Positions 6,138 through 10,415 of a stretch of DNA of 10,415 nt are shown piece after piece. Made by a program: the position numbers and the translations under genes. Each line of letters begins with the position of its first letter. Within the stretch, counting starts at the first letter, position 1. Origin of the DNA: Candidatus Bathyarchaeota archaeon (GTDB lineage Archaea > Thermoproteota > Bathyarchaeia > Bathyarchaeales > Bathycorpusculaceae); assembly GCA_963777155.1 (NCBI GenBank), contig CAVZPM010000020.1:1-10415 (forward strand), in the 5' to 3' direction. Under the pieces are notes generated by a model. The model saw only the letters and a program-made list of their open reading frames with translations. It was not told the DNA's origin and did no database searches.

Positions 6138-7691
6138 GTGTTCGAAATGGAGTTAAGTGTTGAAACCTTGATGATCACTACTGGTGGCAGCAGAATCGCA
6201 CTGCTTAGCGAGCAAACCGCCAGCCTTTTAGGAGTACATAGTTCAGACAGGATAAAAATAACTTGCAAAAAACAAGAGATGATAGCCATCGCCAACATCG
6301 CTGATTATTTTCCACAAAACCGCGTTGGACTCTACCGAGAAACCGTTACAGCACTCGGAGTTAAGGAAGGCGAAACTGTGAATGTGCAGTTAGCACCATT
6401 GCCTGAATCGCTCTTTAACATACGCGCCAAGCTACATGGGGAACGTTTACGCGAGAAAGACATTTTGGCTATCGTAAAGGACGTTATAGAGAGGCATTTA
6501 AGCACGGTTGAAATCGCCGCGTTTCTTACTGCACTTAGCATCCATGGATTGAGCATGGGTGAGACCGAATCTCTTTCAAGAGCAATGATTTCTACTGGCA
6601 AAACAATTGATTTCGGCAAAGGACCAATCCTCGACAAGCACAGTGTAGGGGGAATCCCAGGTGATAAAACCAGCATGCTCGTTGTACCCATTGTGGCAGC
6701 GGCAGGTTTCACGATCCCCAAAACTTCGTCACGAGCCATCACCTCCCCAGCTGGCACAGCAGACCGAGTTGAGACCCTTTGCCCAGTCAACCTATCCATA
6801 AAAGAAATCAAAGAAGTCGTCTCAAAAACAAATGGTTGCTTAGTCTGGGGTGGATCTTTGGAGCTTGCACCCGCCGATGATCTCTTCATTCAAGTTGAAT
6901 ACCCTCTAGGAATAGACCCTATGCTGTTACCTTCGATTCTAAGTAAGAAGAAAGCCATCGGAGCAACACATGTAGCAATCGACATCCCGACGGGTATGGG
7001 TGCTAAAATCAAAACCCGAACTGAAGCCTACACTTTGGCATCCGATTTTGTAGATTTGGGTAAACGGTTAGGGTTAAACATCCAGTGTGCGCTAACTTTT
7101 GGGGAACAACCCTTGGGTTACGGCATCGGACCCGCTTTGGAAGCAAGGGAAGCGTTGACTACTCTTATGGGCCAGGGTCCACCTGACTTACGTGAAAAAG
7201 CCGTTTCCCTCGCTGGAATGCTCTTTGAAATGGTAGGAGCAAAAAACGGTCGAGTCATGGCTGAAAAAATGATTGATTCAGGCAAAGCAATGAAAAAGAT
7301 GCGTGAAATCATAGCTGCCCAAGGCGGAAATCCATCGGTTAAGCCAGAAGAGTTGCCTGTTGGTCAAGAATCAGCTATTGTGCGTTCAGAGCAAGCAGGC
7401 AGAGTCCTCTGGCTAAGCACAGACGACATTGTGCGGATAGCTAGAGAAGCTGGGGCACCCAAAGAGAAGGGAGCAGGAGTTGTTTTGCATGCAAAGTTAG
7501 GTGGAACAGTTCATAAAGGTGGTGTACTTCTTGAAATCTATGCTGAGCGAAGCAGCAAGTTGGCTTCAGCGCTTGAACTAGCGGGAAAACTCTCTCCGAT
7601 TGTTTTAAGCAAGAAACCTGAGGAAAAAATGATTCTGGATAAGGTACCAGAGAAAACTAGGCATGAAAAAGCGTTCAATCTAGATAGGTAA
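6138..7691 (+). CDS. deoA: AMP phosphorylase (thymidine phosphorylase family, archaeal type)
   Basis: 517 aa. It has the N-terminal extension of about 85 aa typical of AMPpase, plus DKHSVGGIPGDKTS, IPKTSSRAITSPAGTAD, WGGSLELAPADD, IDIPTGMGAK, GIGPALEARE and AGAPKEKGAG. The start is GTG at 6138 or ATG at 6147. Confidence 0.94.
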   Translation: MFEMELSVETLMITTGGSRIALLSEQTASLLGVHSSDRIKITCKKQEMIAIANIADYFPQNRVGLYRETVTALGVKEGETVNVQLAPLPESLFNIRAKLHGERLREKDILAIVKDVIERHLSTVEIAAFLTALSIHGLSMGETESLSRAMISTGKTIDFGKGPILDKHSVGGIPGDKTSMLVVPIVAAAGFTIPKTSSRAITSPAGTADRVETLCPVNLSIKEIKEVVSKTNGCLVWGGSLELAPADDLFIQVEYPLGIDPMLLPSILSKKKAIGATHVAIDIPTGMGAKIKTRTEAYTLASDFVDLGKRLGLNIQCALTFGEQPLGYGIGPALEAREALTTLMGQGPPDLREKAVSLAGMLFEMVGAKNGRVMAEKMIDSGKAMKKMREIIAAQGGNPSVKPEELPVGQESAIVRSEQAGRVLWLSTDDIVRIAREAGAPKEKGAGVVLHAKLGGTVHKGGVLLEIYAERSSKLASALELAGKLSPIVLSKKPEEKMILDKVPEKTRHEKAFNLDR

Positions 7692-7695
7692 CCAC

Positions 7696-8055
7696 TTAGT
7701 ACCGTGTTATTGCTCCGCCGATTAAGCCGCCTATGGTTGCAATAACAGTGACAACGACAGCGAGAACAATTCCGAGCACTAAACCAGCTAATCCCCCGAA
7801 CAAGAAGCCTAGCAAACCATGCCTAACTGTTTCAAAAACGATAACGTGGAGAAACGCTAGGATCGCAAAAACAATCGCACTGAGCACGCCCGCAACAAAA
7901 CCAGCTATTGTGCCGCCTATTACACCCCTTGCAACAAGCCCTGCGATTATTCCACCCAAGAAGGCACCTAAGATGTGGCCTACACCAGGAAAGATTACAC
8001 CAAGAATCATTGTAACTCCGAAACCTAATAGTACACCTAAACCGATGTTGACCAT
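7696..8055 (-). CDS. Small Gly-rich membrane protein, DUF5518-like
   Basis: The probable start is ATG at 8055 (MVNIGLGVLLG..., 119 aa). It has about 4 hydrophobic helices with GGIIAGLVA..G..GGTIAGF and a terminal IGGLIGG. The longer ORF start at 8202 overlaps the AIM24 gene. Confidence 0.7.
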   Translation of the reverse strand: MVNIGLGVLLGFGVTMILGVIFPGVGHILGAFLGGIIAGLVARGVIGGTIAGFVAGVLSAIVFAILAFLHVIVFETVRHGLLGFLFGGLAGLVLGIVLAVVVTVIATIGGLIGGAITRY

Positions 8056-8080
8056 TTTTTCCACATTTATTGGTTGATTA

Positions 8081-8100
8081 CAAAAAAAAGAAGATAAAGG
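8081..8100 (-). terminator. Pyrimidine/oligo-T tract after the AIM24 gene
   Basis: The minus strand reads CCTTTATCTTCTTTTTTTTG, with T8 at 8082-8089 about 20 nt after the stop at 8108. The TTTATC part could double as a TATA box for the DUF5518 gene. Confidence 0.4.
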
Positions 8101-8107
8101 TTTGTTT

Positions 8108-8806
8108 TTAGCGTGCCCTTGCATTGCGTACTTTGGGTTCAAGCAGGGTCCAGAGCCATTCAGTGAATTCTTGCATGTTCTTGGTTTGGATGTGAACGTC
8201 ACCGGGTCCCGTAATTTGGGTAACTAAGCCTTCGCCACTAAGCAGGGTTTCTTTTAATCCACCCAATCTTGTGACTTTGTAACTGCAAGATTCGCTAAAA
8301 CCAACGAGATGAAAGTTATCAACGATCAAGGTTTGCCCTGGTCTAAGGGCATGAGTGTCGATAGCACCAAACGTGTTGATGAACATCTGCCCGCTGCCTA
8401 TGGCTTTAAGCATAAACAAACCTTGCCCAAACAAGCCTTTGGTGAATCCTTCCCACTTTACATCCAAATCAATACCCGATGTAGATGCCACGTAAGCAGA
8501 TTTCTGGATGACATAGCCACTGCCAGGGGCAATATCCAACTGCTTGATGTCACCCACTGGCGCCGCAACAAATGCTACTTCTGCTGGACCGCTTGTGGCA
8601 GTGTAGTCGTTAACCCAAAATGATTGCCCACCGATTAGGCTCAAGCCTAACGTTCCAAGAAGACTTTTTTCTCGTTTACGAGTGTGGACTTCGATGGCTG
8701 GATCCATGTAAGTCATAGCACCAGATTCAGCGGTGATTGTTTCACCTTGCTCAAGCGTAGCGACCAACATCGCGTATGAAGGTTTATACTTGACTTCAAA
8801 CTTCAA
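8108..8806 (-). CDS. TIGR00266 / AIM24 family protein
   Basis: 232 aa, TTG start with AGGAG upstream. It carries family-typical AESGAM, GGQSFWVNDY, APVGDI, GQGLFMLKAIGSG, FGAI, IVDNFHLV and SGEGLV...GPG.V.IQT. Confidence 0.88.
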   Translation of the reverse strand: MKFEVKYKPSYAMLVATLEQGETITAESGAMTYMDPAIEVHTRKREKSLLGTLGLSLIGGQSFWVNDYTATSGPAEVAFVAAPVGDIKQLDIAPGSGYVIQKSAYVASTSGIDLDVKWEGFTKGLFGQGLFMLKAIGSGQMFINTFGAIDTHALRPGQTLIVDNFHLVGFSESCSYKVTRLGGLKETLLSGEGLVTQITGPGDVHIQTKNMQEFTEWLWTLLEPKVRNARAR

Positions 8807-8856
8807 GGCATTCTTCTCCTAACATGCGTTACCTATAAAAGACGGTTATGCAGACC

Positions 8857-8878
8857 ATCTTAATAAAAATTTAAAGAT
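8857..8878. promoter_or_regulatory. AT-rich divergent promoter core
   Basis: ATCTTAATAAAAATTTAAAGAT: TTTAAAG (8870-76) is preceded by an A-rich BRE and lies about 26 nt before ATG 8902, suggesting a leaderless mRNA. The opposite strand reads TTTATTAA. Confidence 0.5.
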
Positions 8879-8901
8879 TCAAAGCCTAATAGGGTCAGAA
8901 A

Positions 8902-9594
8902 ATGGAAACCTCTGTCGTAGTAATCTTAAAGAAGACTTTCAGTTTAGCATTAGTCTTCAACGCACTCATTACAATAGCTGCCGTTGCAGGAATCATATTT
9001 GGCTTCTACAGGTCTTATCCATACTGGCAACCTTATACACCATGGTTAATCAACGGCAACCTATTTTGGTTTGCAATCGCAGCCGCAGTAATCAACATCT
9101 TCCCGAGCGCCGCCATTGGCAGAGCCTTGCACACAGGGCGCTTCATGTTTCACCACTACGTTTACGGCTTCTTTGTACTGCTATCCTCTTCGGTATTTAT
9201 CACCATCTTCACACCTATTCCGTTACCTAGCCTATTTCTTGTCGAATCCAATAGTGTAGCGGTCAATGCTGGACGAGTCTTTGAGTTAGCGGGTTTAACC
9301 TTGCTATTGGATGATTTGCCTGATGTCAGTAAGAAGATGGAAAAAGGTTTAAACTGGATTAAGACAAAGGCGTACCAGGCGCGAAAAAGCCTCCATGTTT
9401 TCCAATTCACCACTGGTTGTTTTGCCTTCTACTGCGGCATTTCCATTCTACTCGATACAATTGGAAATATCGATCGTGCTCTGCCGAACTCTTTTGCAAT
9501 CGTCAGCCTGCTGTTAACTGGCGTTACTGCTTTTGCTTGTGTAAAGAGAAAATCGTGGCTCAAAATTACACCGCCTCAATCAGAACAACTTTAG
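8902..9594 (+). CDS. Hypothetical polytopic membrane protein with HH and LDD motifs
   Basis: 230-aa intact ORF with about 6 hydrophobic segments, containing FMFHHYVYG and GLTLLLDDLPD. Confidence 0.75.
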   Translation: METSVVVILKKTFSLALVFNALITIAAVAGIIFGFYRSYPYWQPYTPWLINGNLFWFAIAAAVINIFPSAAIGRALHTGRFMFHHYVYGFFVLLSSSVFITIFTPIPLPSLFLVESNSVAVNAGRVFELAGLTLLLDDLPDVSKKMEKGLNWIKTKAYQARKSLHVFQFTTGCFAFYCGISILLDTIGNIDRALPNSFAIVSLLLTGVTAFACVKRKSWLKITPPQSEQL

Positions 9595-10305
9595 CTCTTT
9601 TGGTTGATTATTTCTTTTCGATGGCTTCAAGCTGTTCCCTTGAAAAATTGGATGAACTCCTGTATGTCGAGAGTTGTATTGACAATTGGGGAAGCCTCAG
9701 GACAGTCACGGTCGGGTTGTTGATTTTGATTTTGGCATGTTTGTTTGTGAACACTACAACCCTTCAACTCAGACGCTTAATTGTCTTAGGTTGGGTGAAC
9801 TCTGAATCAATTGCTGTTCTTTTTGCAGCGTTCCGCTTTACCCGCCGGCTTGGGCTACCTGAAAAATTTCGTTTGCCTGCTCTCTGCCATTCGTCGCCGT
9901 TGCAGACGATATTGCCGCTCCAGTTCTTTGTCTCTAAAACGAAAACACCGCTGGGCCCTAAAACGATGTGGTCTATATCTCCACCGCCGTCGCGCAGGTA
10001 CAAGTCGTTTAAAAGATAATAATCGTCATTCAATGCGTGGGTTAAGAGTTTTGCGACTTGTTTTTCGCCTTGCCAGCCGCCATTATAGATACGGTATTTG
10101 CGAAGGAAAAAAAGAAAACACCCAAGGGAAAAAGCAAGAAAACGAGTCCTACTTCCTCTAAAATCCCAATTTGAAAGGTTGATAAAACTCTATAGATCAA
10201 GATTGCGAAGGCAGCTGCAAACACGAAAGCACTGAGGGCTGCTTTGGAAAGGTTTTTTCGAACCTGATTCTTTAGGTAGTTGCTTGAACCTTTGAGTTTT
10301 CGCAT
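9591..10305 (-). pseudogene. Membrane-anchored NERD-domain (nuclease-related) protein, disrupted
   Basis: From ATG 10305: MRKLKGSSNYL, two TM helices, then after a frameshift in the run at 10107-10113 LRKYRIYNGGWQGEKQVAKLL...YYLLNDLYL...GDIDHIVLGPSGVFVLETKNWSG (NERD GE...DIDH...E.K signature). Further breaks occur at about 9820, 9760 and 9619, with an in-frame TGA at 9769-9771. The reconstructed end IINQKS-TAA at 9591-9593 overlaps the neighbour's TAG. Confidence 0.78.
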
Positions 10306-10415
10306 ATAATCAATTCTTTGGCATGTAACTATATTACCATATGGCAATATCGCCCGTAACTTGCATCACGATAATAAACCTAATAATAACTTACGAGAGA
10401 AAAAAATTAATAAAA

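Noticed and set aside
4873-7312. Antisense ORFs inside rbcL and deoA (4873..5202, 4901..5257, 5362..5601, 5459..5893, 6107..6298, 6332..6889, 7118..7312)
   Set aside because: Opposite-strand shadows of conserved genes.
8056-8202. N-terminal 49-aa extension of ORF 7696..8202
   Set aside because: It overlaps the AIM24 3' end in another frame and crosses a T-rich tract. ATG 8055 fits the family better.
7733-10161. ORFs 7733..8077, 8309..8623, 9042..9230, 9162..9413, 9417..10019 and 9811..10161
   Set aside because: They overlap better-supported genes on the opposite strand or in another frame and show no motifs.

Overview
Archaeal DNA, most consistent with Bathyarchaeia. This assignment is an inference from gene content, TATA/BRE promoters, frequent TTG/GTG starts and a recognisable surface-protein family. 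The window holds all three genes of the AMP/pentose-bisphosphate pathway within about 6.9 kb: ribose-1,5-bisphosphate isomerase (815-1738 +), a form III RuBisCO with all catalytic motifs I checked intact (4834-6057 -), and AMP phosphorylase (6138-7691 +). The last two are divergent across an 80-bp intergenic. A GH3-family acyl-adenylate ligase (1-748 -, partial, one frameshift) is divergent from the isomerase. Between isomerase and RuBisCO lies one roughly 830-840-aa secreted, C-terminally anchored PQQ-like beta-propeller protein gene (1888-4428 -), broken by many mostly single-base insertions that are probably read errors. Its 405-bp upstream region is unusually dense in palindromes and hairpins and is the least explained part of the window. 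The right part has DUF5518, AIM24/TIGR00266, an HH...LDD-motif membrane protein and a degraded membrane-anchored NERD nuclease gene. I saw no rRNA, tRNA, CRISPR array or transposase.
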